Assembly: GCA_951406725.2 (NCBI GenBank)
Contig: OX597821.1
Coordinates: 81,654,001-81,718,000, forward strand
Length of the DNA stretch: 64,000 nucleotides
From: Octopus vulgaris
Taxonomy: Eukaryota
Direction: 5' to 3'
The notes under the pieces are model-generated. The model searched no databases. It was not told the origin of the DNA and saw only the letters and a list, made by a program, of their open reading frames with translations. The translations under genes and the position numbers were made by a program. The stretch's first letter is position 1. Each line of letters starts with the position of its first letter. Shown in pieces: positions 1 to 12,978 of this stretch.

Positions 1-100
1 AAGGCAAAGTCGACCTCGGTGGAATTTGAACTTAGAACGTGAAGATAGACACAACGACACTAAGCATTTTGTTGCTATGATTCTACCAGCTGACCACCTT
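1..100 (-). mobile_element. SINE family B, cut by window edge
   Basis: AAGGCAAAGTCGACCTCGG..GGAATTTGAAC core shared with many copies in the window. Confidence 0.8.
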
Positions 101-1359
101 ACATCAAGTTAAATATTAACTGCTGTCATCTCAAACACTCATTCATTCCGTCACCAGAGTTGGAACCTTTCAAGACTATGGGCAGTGTCCCTTCATTTAG
201 GAGTACAATAAACAGCAGCAGCTAAAAAAAATCTGCTAATATTAGAGATAGAAACGAGTAAGAGAGAAAGACAAATGGAACCGGTTCCATCAGTTCTTAT
301 CACAGCAACCTTCTCTCATTGGCAGCTGTAAATTTCTGAGCAACAAACTAACCATTCTGTCTGTGACCAAACTAATCAGAGATAACTGCAACTCTGTATC
401 AGCCATGAAGACAGCTGTCAGAAAGTTACTGGAATTATCTTGTAGAAATGAAGATGTAGATATATTATACAAGTTTGTACTTAAATTTATTACTCTTCTT
501 CCCTCTCTCTCTCTCTCTCACTCTGCCCATCACTCTCACTGCTGCAGAGAGAAAAAAATTCACTGAAGGAATGTTGATAATCAAGTAAGATCTTTTTAAA
601 AAACCAGCCCGACCAGTAGTGATGCGTAGGTAGTTACTACAAGCAGTAAAAGACAATCAGTGGGTTAGTAGTTGAAAAAGTAATTCAACCTATGGACTAT
701 ATTAGACAGAAAAGTAGAAAGACTTTTTTAAGCCTTACTTATTTATCAAGGATTGACTTAAGTGTATTCAGAAACCTAAAACTGAATACCATGTCTGAGA
801 TTTTCTTAGGTTAACGCCTGTTAAGCAAGATAACTTGTTTTACCTGCCTTTTCAAAGATTTTTGTTTATGTTTACCAAAGTAAACTTTAGAGAAGTTATT
901 TTTAGATAAAGAACTGTGAAAATATTTGGCGCAGTAAAAAAAAAAAAAAAATACTAACTACACATCACTAAATGATGGGGGGGGGGGGGAACTTGCACAC
1001 TTAGAGATGACTTTATTTCTAGTTGTCAGAATGAATCTCATAGGCAGATGATAGAAAAAGCAACAGATTGGCATGAAGTTGTTAAATTATACCTTAGAAA
1101 GTTGGCATTCATGCATAAAATAAATAGGGCCAGAATGTTTTGCAGACTTATGTAACTCACAACAAGTATGTAACAGCAGTAGTAGCAATAATGTTGGTTT
1201 TTGATGATAATGATGATGATTGCTTACATAAATATAAGCCTCATATATATATATATATATATATATAAAAGAAGAAATATAATTGATGTGCATATTTACT
1301 AGAAAGACATTTGCTATGTTACAAAATAGTTCCAATAACAAACCGATGCCATGTTGCAG

Positions 1360-1819
<460 letters not shown>

Positions 1820-2039
1820 TATCAATTAGGTTTGATATCTAGGTTCAATTCAATGTCATTGAGCACTTTATGGAACTATAACTTACACAGAGTAGAGAGT
1901 ATTTAGTTCTTACCACCAACTCCTTTTTATATATCGAGTAAGGCCACTTCCCACACGGGACTGATATTGTATGTTCTTCGACACTAATCGGTCAGTGTAT
2001 TGTTGGCTTTTAGGCTTTTTGATTATATTTTTTTTTTAA

Positions 2040-2390
2040 TCTTTTACTTGTTTCACTCATTGTACTGTGGCCATGCTGGGGCAGTCTTGAAGGGTTCAGT
2101 TGAATAAATCAGTAGTACACAGTAAAGTCTAGTACACATTCTATTGGTGTCTTTTGGCAAAATGCTATGCTATGGGGATATAAACAAATCTGTTGTCAAG
2201 GTGGTTTGGGACAAACACACATATATGCACACACACACACGCTTCCAGTTTCCATTAGCCAAATTCATTCACAAGGCATTAGTCAGCTCAGGGCTATAGT
2301 AGAAGACACTTGCCAAAGGTGCTATGCAATAAAACTGAACCCAAAGCCATGTGGTTGCAAAGCAAGACTTTTAACCAGACAGCCACACCA
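2040..2390 (-). mobile_element. SINE family A, older diverged copy
   Basis: Reverse-complement similarity to 1360-1819 along its length. Confidence 0.8.
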
Positions 2391-2417
2391 GTATATATTT
2401 TTATAATTATTTTTTTT

Positions 2418-2640
2418 CAGGTTTGGAGTTTTTTCTGTAGTTCTTTGAGGGATTCTTCTATGAGTACCAAGTCATCAGCAAATACAAGTTCCAATGAACA
2501 CCACACCTGGTCTCCTAATTTATTACCTGAATGACTATAAGGAATATTAGACTGAAAATAGAATCCTCATAAACATTTATCTGTGTCTACAAAATTCCTC
2601 TCTGAACTTACAGTTCCACCTGACCTTAGACTGCCAGGTG
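2418..2640 (-). mobile_element. Decayed LINE reverse-transcriptase fragment (RTE-like)
   Basis: Minus translation ELVFADDLVLIEESLKELQKKLQT, preceded by DSIFSLIFLIVIQVI (RT QGS.LSP.LF and YADD blocks), with a stop and a frameshift. Confidence 0.75.
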
Positions 2641-4375
2641 TGTACTTGACATGATATCTCTCAGTTTTTAAACTACAACCTATCATAAGTGAGAAAGACC
2701 TTTGAAATGGGATTCAATGTTGTACAGAAGATCATTTTCAGCTGAATCCAAGCAGACCTCCCAGTAAGTAAATGTGGAAATACAGAAATGGAATTGGGAA
2801 TTAATTGTATGCATGTGGAGACTAATTAATTTCTGTGAAGGTTTTAAATCTTTTACAGAGGACAGAAGTAATCATTGAAATATTGGGTGTTCTATCATAT
2901 TTTAACACTGGAAAATATATATCTGATGCAGCTGGTGATGATGAGGCAATACTGACATTGAGGATGGTCATTAGGATAATGATGCCAAAAAAGAGGAGAT
3001 AAGTTTGTAGATATTAAATGATATATCCCAGCAATGCATCATTCAACACTGAACGTTGATTTGGTCAAATCCCATCTATTGTAACAAGTCAGACTAAAAT
3101 AGGCTCCTCAGCTTATTTTAGTCCAAATATAACTGTACCAAGTAAGGAAGGCATTACTATGTTTGAAAGGAAATAGATCTGTTAAGAAACATTCAAATTG
3201 CTATAGGTACAGTAAAGCCAGATGTGTACATAGGTAAAATGATATATTTGTTACCAAACTAATCCAGATGGGTAACATGTAGAAAAATAAATTCTTGCTA
3301 CAGAAATGGCCAATATGGTTAAGTGTTAAATTAATGCCTTTAATCCTTTGAAATAAAAGATATTTTTACTGATAAGACAGACAGTATATTTCTATTCTGA
3401 TAATAGTTGGAAGGTCTGTAGTGTTATGTAAACTATTACAGTCTCTCTTGATATATGAGTATTGGCAATGGCATGACCACCAAACCTCTAACCTTTAGAC
3501 TAGTCAATAATAGATGCCAGGTCAACATTTAGAAGATGAGGCAGATATTTCAGTATTATTTTTATTCTGTTTCATAAACTGATAACCAAAAGAAAAATTC
3601 AGTAGAACAAACAAACTCTGAACTGACGTTGTTTTTCATTTCTAGGCCCGACAGTTGTATACTACTTGGTTGGAGACTACGATTCAGATACAGCCTCCTC
3701 ATAACCCACACATAACGAGCAGGAAAAAAAAATTAATGAGGCAGTTGACATTTCTGTATATAATTCTCAAGGGGTGATAAGGGAAGCGGTGGGATGCTGC
3801 ACTGCTAGCAATCACTGGGGTCACCATAGTATTAAATTATTTGGGATAAGGAAGTTCATTAGAAGGGTTCTTGGCTGATCTGTTTGAGTGACACTTTCTC
3901 AGAAATGCTACTCATAGGCAAAAGCATTTTGGCTATTGTTTTCCCAGATAATCACTGTACAAGACATGCCGTAATGTCCATTACTAAACAGCTGCAGCAT
4001 TTTTGCACACAGAGAATCATTAAAATTTCTTGGCAAATCTATATAAAATATTTCTTTTGCTATAAAAACCCCACACATTGAAATGGCAGGTGAATATTTT
4101 TCAGTGTGTTCTTCATTAAGACCCAGATATCATTTTCTCAAATAACTAGGTTAACTTCAAACACGTTTATCAGCTTCATTTCCTTATAATTTTTATCAGC
4201 CACCAGACAGTTTGAACTTGTTCTTCATTTAGAAGCTTTGAATATTGGAAATGTGGCTCGTCTTAACATTATCGCAGAATATACTTTACTACTAAATACC
4301 TTTACATATTCTGAAACAACTACAATTCTGCAAATCAAATCAAATCACTAAATTCAGAAGTAGGAAAGAAATTAA

Positions 4376-4772
4376 GGCGTAGGAGTGGCTGTGTGGCAAG
4401 TAGCTTACTTACCAACCACATGGTTCCAGGTTCAGTCCCACTGCGTCGCACCTTGGGCGTCTTCTACTATAGCCTCGGGCCCACCAAAGCCTTGTGAGTG
4501 GATTTGGTAGAGGGAAACTGAAAGAAGCCTGTCGTGTATATATATATATATGTACGTGTGTGTATATGTTTGTGTGTCTGTGTTTGTCCCCCAACATCGC
4601 TTGACAACTGATGTTGGTGTGTTTACGTCCCTTAACTTAGCCGCTCAGCAATAAGAGACCGATAGAATAAGTACTAGGCTTACAAAGAAAAAGTCCTGGG
4701 GTCGATTTGCTCGACTAAAGGCAGTGCTCCAGCATGGCCACAGTCAAATGACTGAAACAAGTAAAAGAGTAA
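4376..4772 (+). mobile_element. tRNA-derived SINE family A, full length
   Basis: GGCGTAGGAGTGGCTGTGTGG head, B box GGTTCAGTCCC, tail GAAACAAGTAAAAGAG. Confidence 0.92.
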
Positions 4773-5519
4773 CACAAAAATTTGTGCAATCAAAAGTGAA
4801 ACTAAACCAGCATTGGTTGACCATGGATGGTAATGTAAGTGGCACAAAACCCATTTGGTTAAATAAACACAATAAAAGCAAGAATGATGTCATATAACCA
4901 TCAAAATAGAAGTAAGAAGAAAGAAATATTAAATAAACATAAAGCAGCAGGGAAATGAAGCTACAAGTGAGTGAGATTTGATAAATGTAACAACAGCAGA
5001 GTAAGTGCCATGGCAGAACACATCTGTCTAAATATAACTCCTGTGCAAAAGAGTTAGAATGTAAATGAGGTGTTGGAATAAAATGCAAACTTTTAAAAAC
5101 CAGTGCTTAAGTTTCTGTTTACTTTGCCTGGCTCTGAGCTGGACTAATCAAACCTGCTAGAACTATAACAAGCTGGGTAGGGTGTAGGGGAACGAATTTT
5201 GTATGAAAGAGGAATAAGACTGGCAGTAACAGGTAAATGGCACAGATCCGTATTCTATAAATAATAAGGAAACATCAACTTGAATACAGCCAATTCTATC
5301 TAAATAACACTAACCGGTTTATTAAACATTGGAAGAGGTATTAAATGGAAGCATACAAAACTGAAAACAATTATCAATATATAAATAAATTAAGCCCTTT
5401 AAAAAAAAAAAAAAAAAAAAATTCAGGTGACTAAATAACTCTTTCTCTCTCTCCCATATATACCCATATATATATATATATATATTGGCTTCCCAGATAA
5501 ACCGTCCAACCCGTCTCGA

Positions 5520-5554
<35 letters not shown>

Positions 5555-6144
5555 CTTTTAAAATAATTTCTATGAAATTACAACTATATATAAAAATTCT
5601 TATATATATATATAATCATCATCACGTTAAATGATGATGATGATGATATATATATATATGTAAGAATTTTTAAAATAATTTCTATGAAATTACAACTTTA
5701 GCAAAAAAAGATGTGTGAGTGTTTGTGTATGCTGCTGACTGATGGATGGGCAAAGGTAGTAGCCAAGTTAGTAATTAACTTTGAGGTGTTCTTGCACCAA
5801 ATAATACAGCAGCAGTTTACAGATAATAAAAACAAAAATTATAAAGGAACAAAGAAGGGGGGAAAAAAAAAACATGGTTTTAAAAGCACTTATTTTCAGT
5901 AAAGGCATTCTAAAGTCAGTTCCCATCCATCAAGAAAAAACAAGCTTTGAGTAGAATATTATATTTCAACAGCCTGTGAAAATCAGATGGTGCGCATCAG
6001 CACTGAAGAGAGGGTAGAGGTGTGTGGGCAATCAAGATACCCGTGCTCCTTGTATTTTGCACATAAAGAAACACGAATCCCCCCACACATATACACACCT
6101 AACAATACAGGTACTTAAAATTATATCAACTGAGAAGTATGTGC

Positions 6145-6201
<57 letters not shown>

Positions 6202-6370
6202 TACACACACATATATATATATATACACAACACATTACTGAAAAAGAGGGTTACATAAATACAAATACATGGAGAACTACAATCAAGGGACTGACTAATC
6301 GATTACATTGACCCCTGTACTTATTGATTTTGGTAATAAAAAGGGAGATTAAGGTGCCGCTTAATACATA

Positions 6371-6830
6371 TATAGTAACCTGTAAATAATCAAAATTCAG
6401 AAGCAACCGGCATCCAGGAAAAAATAGATAAATAAAAGAAAATGCTTTGTTAATTAAGAGTCAAGAAAATTTGTGCTAATTTGAACTAATTAATTAATTG
6501 TTACTAAAAGAAAAAAGCTTCTCCTGTATCTAAATTGAATTGTTGCTTCTCAAAGTACAGTATAGTATTATATTTTATTGCATTTATAATACCTATATTT
6601 TATTGGGCTAAGAAAACTTGTTCTTCACTTAAATTATATTTTAATTTCTTCCTATTTCTCTCATTTCTATTAAATGGAGACTATCGATGATAATAATGAT
6701 GTATATATGTATAAAGAGTTTTAATGAATTTTGTAATGTTCTATGGTAATTTAAAAAGTGATGCAGAAAATTCAGTTATCCGGCAACTCTCCGGTCCAAC
6801 TGGTGCCAGATAGGAAGAAGTTTACTTTAT
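6371..6830. mobile_element. Possible decayed pogo/Tigger-like MITE
   Basis: Right end ATCCGGCAACTCTCCGGTCC..GTGCCAGATA..AGTTTACTTTA resembles this TIR class; left end degenerate. Confidence 0.35.
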
Positions 6831-7057
6831 GTGTGTGTGTGTGTGTATAAATAATTTTACATTCAGGTATACACCATGTAGAATGCTGTTTGTCATCAAC
6901 TGTGTATAATAATAATAATAATATATAAAACATAAATGCATTGGGGCACATATTTTACTGGCAGTGCTCCAGTGTGGCCACACCTTAGGACTGAAACGTG
7001 TAAAAGAATATGTACATCAGCACATACACAACCATCAATACAGACACAGCAGCATAT

Positions 7058-7091
<34 letters not shown>

Positions 7092-7185
7092 TATATATAT
7101 AAACACACACACACGTGTGTAAACTCATGAATCAAAACAGCACATCTTCATGCAAACACAAAGAACACTGTGAGCTATAGCTTAC

Positions 7186-7254
7186 CTTTAACGAGTCCAT
7201 CAGCATCCCTGCTAAATACAAATTCAACTTTACCATTGTCAGGAAATCTTGGGT
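7186..7254 (-). CDS. TNS: Tensin exon, end of C2 domain (DPRFPDNGKVEFVFSRDADGLVK)
   Basis: Acceptor TTTTCCAACCAG, donor AAG|GTAAG; 69 nt, phase 1-1; resembles TNS1 DRFPEYGKVEFVFS. Confidence 0.95.
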
Positions 7255-7544
7255 CTGGTTGGAAAATATATTAAAAAAATTTTAAATATCATATATATAT
7301 ATATATGTATCTATGTTTATAAACATATATATGTAGTAGCAGTAATAATAATAATGTTGATGATGATGATGATAGCAATATTTGCGAGGTGGCTGGTTGT
7401 TATGGTGTCAGAATATGAAGATCATGTTTTTTGCTTATGTTTGTTTTTGATTTTTTTTTTTTTTGCGTTATTAGATATCAGATGAAATCAATTCAGCCTT
7501 GTTCTGACACTGGTCTATCAAATAGTGATATTAGTATAAAGAAA

Positions 7545-7612
7545 TGGTTGGCTGGCTGGCTGGTTTGTTGGTTGGTCGGTCGGTCGGTTGGTTGGTTGGT
7601 TGGTTGGTTGGC
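7545..7612. repeat. (GGTT/GGTC/GGCT)n microsatellite
   Basis: Direct reading. Confidence 0.9.
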
Positions 7613-8880
7613 TGTCAGTCAGGGTGTAATGGAACTGGTGGGATATTTTATCTATGTCCCAAGATGTTGTGGGTTGAAAAGATGATGAAAGTGGTGAGGG
7701 TGGAAGTGGCAAGGTGGGGGAGGAATTATTTCACAATTTTTATTTATTCATTTTTTTTTTTTCGTTTTTAGTTTTACCCTGGTGGGAGATGGGTTAGGCG
7801 GTGTGTGTGTGTGTAAAAGTGATACAGGGTGGGAGGTGGGGAATTGTTTATGTGAGGGGTGGAGATGAAGAAGAAAGCAGAGGTGTGTGGAGGGTGGGGG
7901 AGGTGTTCAGCAAGAGATAAATGAGGGGGTTATAAGAGTACTACCACCCAACCCTCCTGCTAGAGATGTAGATGTGTGAGTGTGTGTGTGTGTGTGTGTG
8001 TGCATGCACATATGAGAGAGAGAGAGGGAGAGAGAGAGAAAGACTAGATAAGCAACACTACATGAGTTTCACCTACTTTTACTAAACACTCACCACCACC
8101 AGTACTGCTGCCTCTACCACTGCTATCCTAGGTTACCTTTACAACTCAAAGGAAGAGAGTCATACCAAAATAAATCAGAGGATAAATACAGGAGGTGCTA
8201 GGGGTGGGTGGGTGCCTACTGCATGTGTGTGTGTGTGTGGATTTGAAGGTGAATGGATAGGGATGAAGAAAAGAAAAGATAGTCTGGGAGTTGGTGGTTG
8301 GAGGGGGGGTGGAATGAGATGTGAGACAGAGATCAGAGAATTGGTGTTTCTATCAGAAGAATACTGGACTGGATGAAGAGAGAGAGCGGGAGGAGGGGGA
8401 GGGAGAGAGGGGGGAGGAAGATATGAGGTAGAGCAAGAGAGCAAGGTCAGGAATGGTAGGCCAGTAGGGGAGTGTGAAGGCTGCGTGTGTGTGTGTGTGT
8501 GTGTGTGTGTGGATAGAAAGTAAATAAACTTCTGTTGGGGAGGGATGCAGAAGAGTGTGTGTGTGTATGAGGGAGGGGCTGGCTGCAAATTAGAATAATA
8601 AATAAACTTCTGTTGGATAGAAAGATGTAAAAGTAGATGAGAAGGCAGGGGACGGAAGCAGAAGAAGAAACAGGGGGAAAGAAAGAAAGAAGGAAGGGAA
8701 AGAAGTTCCAAGTTTGAGCAGATGCAAAGCAGAGCAAACGAAGAAACCTGTTCAAGACAACCTGAGTAGAATGTTCTAGAGATCTCCCTCATAGGCACTG
8801 GCATGGTTGGGTGGTTAAGAAACTCACTTTGCAATCACATGGTTCAGTTCCACTGCATTGCACCATGGGTTGGTGCTTTC

Positions 8881-9050
8881 TTATTTCTTTATTGCCCACA
8901 AGGGGCTAAACATAGAGGGGACAAACAAAGGAATTAAGTCAATTACATCAACCCCAGTGTGTAACTGGTACTTAATTTATCAACCCCAAAAGGATGAAAG
9001 GCAAAGTCCACCTCGGCGGATGAAATACCGCTAAGCATTTCGCTGCCATT
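8881..9050 (-). mobile_element. SINE family B
   Basis: Matches 33266-33488 with an internal deletion. Confidence 0.85.
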
Positions 9051-9329
9051 GGTTAGTGCTTTCTACTACTTTAGCCCCTACAATAGGGGCTATGGTTAAA
9101 AAGCTGTGTGAAAGAACAACGCCACATTCTATACAATTGTTTTTGCTTACAATCTGCAACAAAAACATTGTGTCTGGGAACTTTCTTGTCCAAAGGAGTG
9201 GAGGAAATAGCTCCTTACCTAAAAACAATTGAGGGTGGCAGGAAGGGCATCTGGCTTTAGGAAAGAGTTTTGTAGGATCAAAACCAGTAGGGTAAAGTGG
9301 ACGTTAAGAAAAAGATGATTCACTGTTAT

Positions 9330-9635
9330 CATTTTAATGTCCATTTTTCCATGTGTGTATGGGTTGGTCAGAGTTTACTGAGGCAAATTGTCTACGGCTG
9401 GATGCTCTTCCTGTCTTCAACCCTCAGCTGCTTCCAACCAAAGTAATATTTCCTCATGGCCAGACATGTCTTTGTGGAATATTGGGAATAGGACATAAAC
9501 ACACACACAAACACTCACAAGGCTTCTTTTAGTTATCATCTACCAAATTCACTCACAAAGCTATGGTTGGTCCACTACAGAATACACTTGTCCAAGATGC
9601 CACACAGTGGAGACTGAACCCGAAGCCATATGGCT
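9330..9635 (-). mobile_element. SINE family E (family-A head plus RTE-type tail)
   Basis: Reverse complement of the element at 11960-12315. Confidence 0.7.
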
Positions 9636-9646
9636 GGCATGAAAGT

Positions 9647-10018
9647 GGCACGTAAAAAGCACCTTCCGAACGTAGCTGATGCTAGTACCACCTGACTGGC
9701 TCCCATACTGGTGGCATGTAAAAAGCACCATCCAAACGTGGATGATGCCAGTACTCTCTTGCTGGCCCCCATGCTGGTGGTATATAAAAAGTACTATCTG
9801 AATGTGATTGATGCCAGCCCTGCCTGACTGGCTCCTGTGCCGGTGGCATGTAAAAAGCACCCACTACACCCTTGGAGTGGTTGGCGTTAGAAAAGGTGTC
9901 CAGCTGTAGAAACATTAGCAGATCAGATTGGAGCCTGGTGCAGCCGCTGGTTCTCCAAACCTTAGTCAAACCATCCAACTCATGCCAGCATGGAAAACGG
10001 ACGTTAAATGATGATGAT
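9647..10018 (+). mobile_element. RTE-like LINE 3' UTR fragment with 66-bp tandem units and (ATG)n tail
   Basis: Homologous to 22390-22848, which follows an RTE-like ORF end. Confidence 0.8.
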
Positions 10019-11204
10019 ATCTCAAAAATTGTTACTGAAGGCAAAAATATATTCAATACTTGAGAATACAATTCCTAACGCATATAACAGAATATGAGAT
10101 TATAATTGTTCATAGATGGAAAAAAAAAAGTCTTAATATTTACATGTACTCATAAGTATATTTACATGTACTTATATTGAACTCATGGCCTGATGAATGT
10201 GGGCTGAATACCCTAACCACTAAGCCACACACCTTCACAAAGACTTTGGAAATGAAAAGTAAGTATTTATATCTAAGCTATGTTTCAATCGTTTTGATCT
10301 CTGATTATCAACAAGTGTCTTAATCCTGGATATGCACTGACCAAACTGGATCTTAAACTAGTTTAGAAATAAAGATTCCCAGTTTCAGTTTAATCTTGTA
10401 TCACCCACATGCAGTGAAGACACATGGCCCAATAGTTGGGATGTTGGATTCACAAACGTAATGTTATGAGTTCAGTTCTTGCTCCAGATAGTCTATTGGA
10501 CATAGAATATTTATTAAATCATGAAAAAGAACAAAAAGATGGATGTGAGAGAGAGAGAGAGAGAGAGCAAGGGTGGGGTGAAGAGATAGGTACCACACAG
10601 ACAAGTGTGTATGTCTGTGAGTGAGAGAGAGAGAAAGGGAGAGGTCATACAAGTGAGAAAGATGCCGTAGAAGTGAAAAGGATGAAAACAGAAAGAGAGA
10701 GACATGACAGAAATACATAGACTCACACTATTTCTCTCTCACATGAGAGAGAAAGAGAGAGAGAGAGAGAAAAGGAGAGAGAGAAAGGGAGAGAGAGAAT
10801 TGAGGTGAAAAAGAAAAAGATAAGATAGAGATAGGGGTGCTCTAGCCTGGTCACAGTAGTTATAGCTAAAACAAACTGAAGAACTACAGAACATTCGTGT
10901 GTGTGTGTGTGTGTAGGTAAACATATGTAGGTGTGTACAAACATATACGGGGGGGGGGGGGGAAGATGTGTATGTGCATCTGCATGCGAATGTTTGAGTG
11001 TGTATGAGATTGTGATAGATGTGTATATGTGTAAAGGTTGAAAGTAGAGGTGGGGGTTGGAAGGGTTGTCTGAAAACAGATGGGGAAAAGAAGTAGGAAA
11101 TTAGAAGAAAAATATAGGCAGAGAGAGAGAGGATAAAAGAAAGAGTAGGAGGAAGAGATATGATGTTTAAGATCAAAATAGATGCAAGCTTCTGCTTAAC
11201 ATTT

Positions 11205-11241
<37 letters not shown>

Positions 11242-11959
11242 GTATGTGTTTGTGTATATGTGAGCATGGGTGTATATAAAAATATTTATCTACATATATA
11301 TATATAAGATATAAATTTATATGTTTATACGTGTCTTTATACAAAAATATAACACGTGTGTATAAATGTAAACACATATGAACATGTGTGCCTATATATG
11401 AGCACCAACTTATTCTCATATGTGTGTGTATATAGTTAAACATTTGTATATACTACAAAGACGCCATACATATGCATACACTGAACGCTTCCAGATCCAC
11501 CTATGGGTATATATTGGTACAGAGTTGAAAAGTTCTTTTATAATAATAGCGTTATTGTTATATCTTTTTATCGTTGTTATTCCATCATCATCAACATCAC
11601 TGTTATCGTTTCTTTCTGTGGCAGACCAATTCTGGTCGCAGTTACTCAGTGGGAGGAGAACATTTGAATAAACTACAGAAAACTAACATGACACTGAGAG
11701 AGAGAGAGAGAGGTGGGAGGGTGTGTGTGAACAGAGAGAGAAAGAGAGTGATTGATAGAGAGGAAGTAGTTAAATAATAATTTAGGGATGCTGCTTTCTT
11801 GTTTAAGGTGGGAGTGAAAGGGAAAGGGGCATTTTATAAAACTGGTTCAACAGTAGATTACTGTATAGTGTTATTATGGCCATGACGTCATGGCAGAGAT
11901 ATTAGTCAACAAGGAGCCAAATGACATCACTAGAATGCTTTTGTTGATGTTGTTTAGTC

Positions 11960-12315
11960 TAGTACCACTTGGTCATGGGTTCAGTCCCACTATGCAGGCA
12001 ACCAAAGAAAGCTCTGTCAGTGGATTTGGTAAATGGCAACTGGAAGAAACTTGTCACATGTTTGTGTGTGTGTGTGTGCCCTTGTCCTGACATCAGGTAA
12101 TAGTTGTCAAGGGCCATCATAGTTGTACAAGCAAGGTTGCTTGTTTCCAATCTTCTATGAAAAACATGTTTAGAAATGGGAATATATTACGATGCTTGGA
12201 AACAGGTGAGTGTTTGGTGACAGGAAGGGCATCCAGCCATAGTAAACAACTGCCTTAACAAATCCCATTTGACTATACAAGCATGGAAAAGTGGATGGAT
12301 GGATGGGTGATGATG
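11960..12315 (+). mobile_element. SINE family E
   Basis: GGTTCAGTCCCAC head as in family A; tail CAGGAAGGGCATCCAGCC..GCATGGAAAAGTGGA..TGATGATGA as in the RTE 3' end. Confidence 0.75.
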
Positions 12316-12364
12316 AATATAATAGGCCTATATGTAGGAGTGAGATCATATAGCTCTTGATATC

Positions 12365-12674
12365 ACTGTGATTACTGTGACCGACCAGGCTATCAAATGT
12401 TGCTACACATCGCTGGTCACAATGCGCTTTGCATTGTTTTAGCCTTCAAATGACGCCACCTCGCTGGCTAAGCTTTCAGGCCAACAGAAGAAAGAGTGAG
12501 AGAAGGTTGTGGCAAAAGAGTACAGTAGGGATCGCCACCAGCTCCTGCCGGAGCCTCGTGGAGCTTTAGGTGTTTTCGCTCAATAAACATTCACAAGACC
12601 TGGTCTAGGAATCGAAACCATGATCCTACAACTGTAAGTCTGCTGCCCTAACCACAGGGCCATTGCGCCTCCAC
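12365..12674 (-). mobile_element. tRNA-derived SINE family D
   Basis: Minus-strand head GTGGAGGCGCAATGGCC..GTGGTTAGGGCAGC and B box GGTTTCGATTCC. Confidence 0.8.
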
Positions 12675-12775
12675 AACTCTTGATATAAACAACAGTAAAT
12701 CAACAGTGTAGATTTCACATTAATAGTCATGCAATGTTTAAATCATCAGATAGTTAGAAAATAAATATTTCTTAC

Positions 12776-12978
12776 CATTACAAGCTTCATCAAGTTCCTG
12801 TCTGCTAAACACTAAGCTGCTCTCAGAAATAGCACAGGTATGGAACTGACAACGCCAAATTATCTCGCGTTGGTTTCCCTTAGGTTTTTTGTGATAACAT
12901 TTGATGAGGACATCTCCACGAAGTGGTATTCCAGGTGATATTGATATCCACACCTTCTGCATGTTGTCAGTGACAGTA
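12776..12978 (-). CDS. TNS: Tensin exon, C2 domain (TVTDNMQKVWISISPGIPLRGDVLIKCYHKKPKGNQREIIWRCQFHTCAISESSLVFSRQELDEACN)
   Basis: Acceptor CCATTGTAG, donor G|GTAAG; 203 nt; GDxLxKCYHKK and QFHTCAI motifs. Confidence 0.96.

Noticed and set aside
3200-4330. Possible decayed DNA-transposon coding relic
   Set aside because: No convincing transposase motif or TIR pair could be read
4376-4450. tRNA genes at SINE heads
   Set aside because: A/B boxes only, no full cloverleaf, and each continues into a repeated SINE body
5749-5759. GGCAAAGGTAG as an editing-complementary sequence for the P-loop
   Set aside because: Only 11 nt and 17 kb away; chance level
8175-8834. 219-aa Pro/Leu/Ser-rich ORF
   Set aside because: Starts in a SINE head, runs through (CA)n and CT-rich low-complexity sequence, and has no recognisable domain
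9647-9870. CRISPR-like regular spacing of GTAAAAAGCACC
   Set aside because: The intervening sequences are homologous (a true tandem repeat), the context is a eukaryotic LINE UTR, and there are no cas genes
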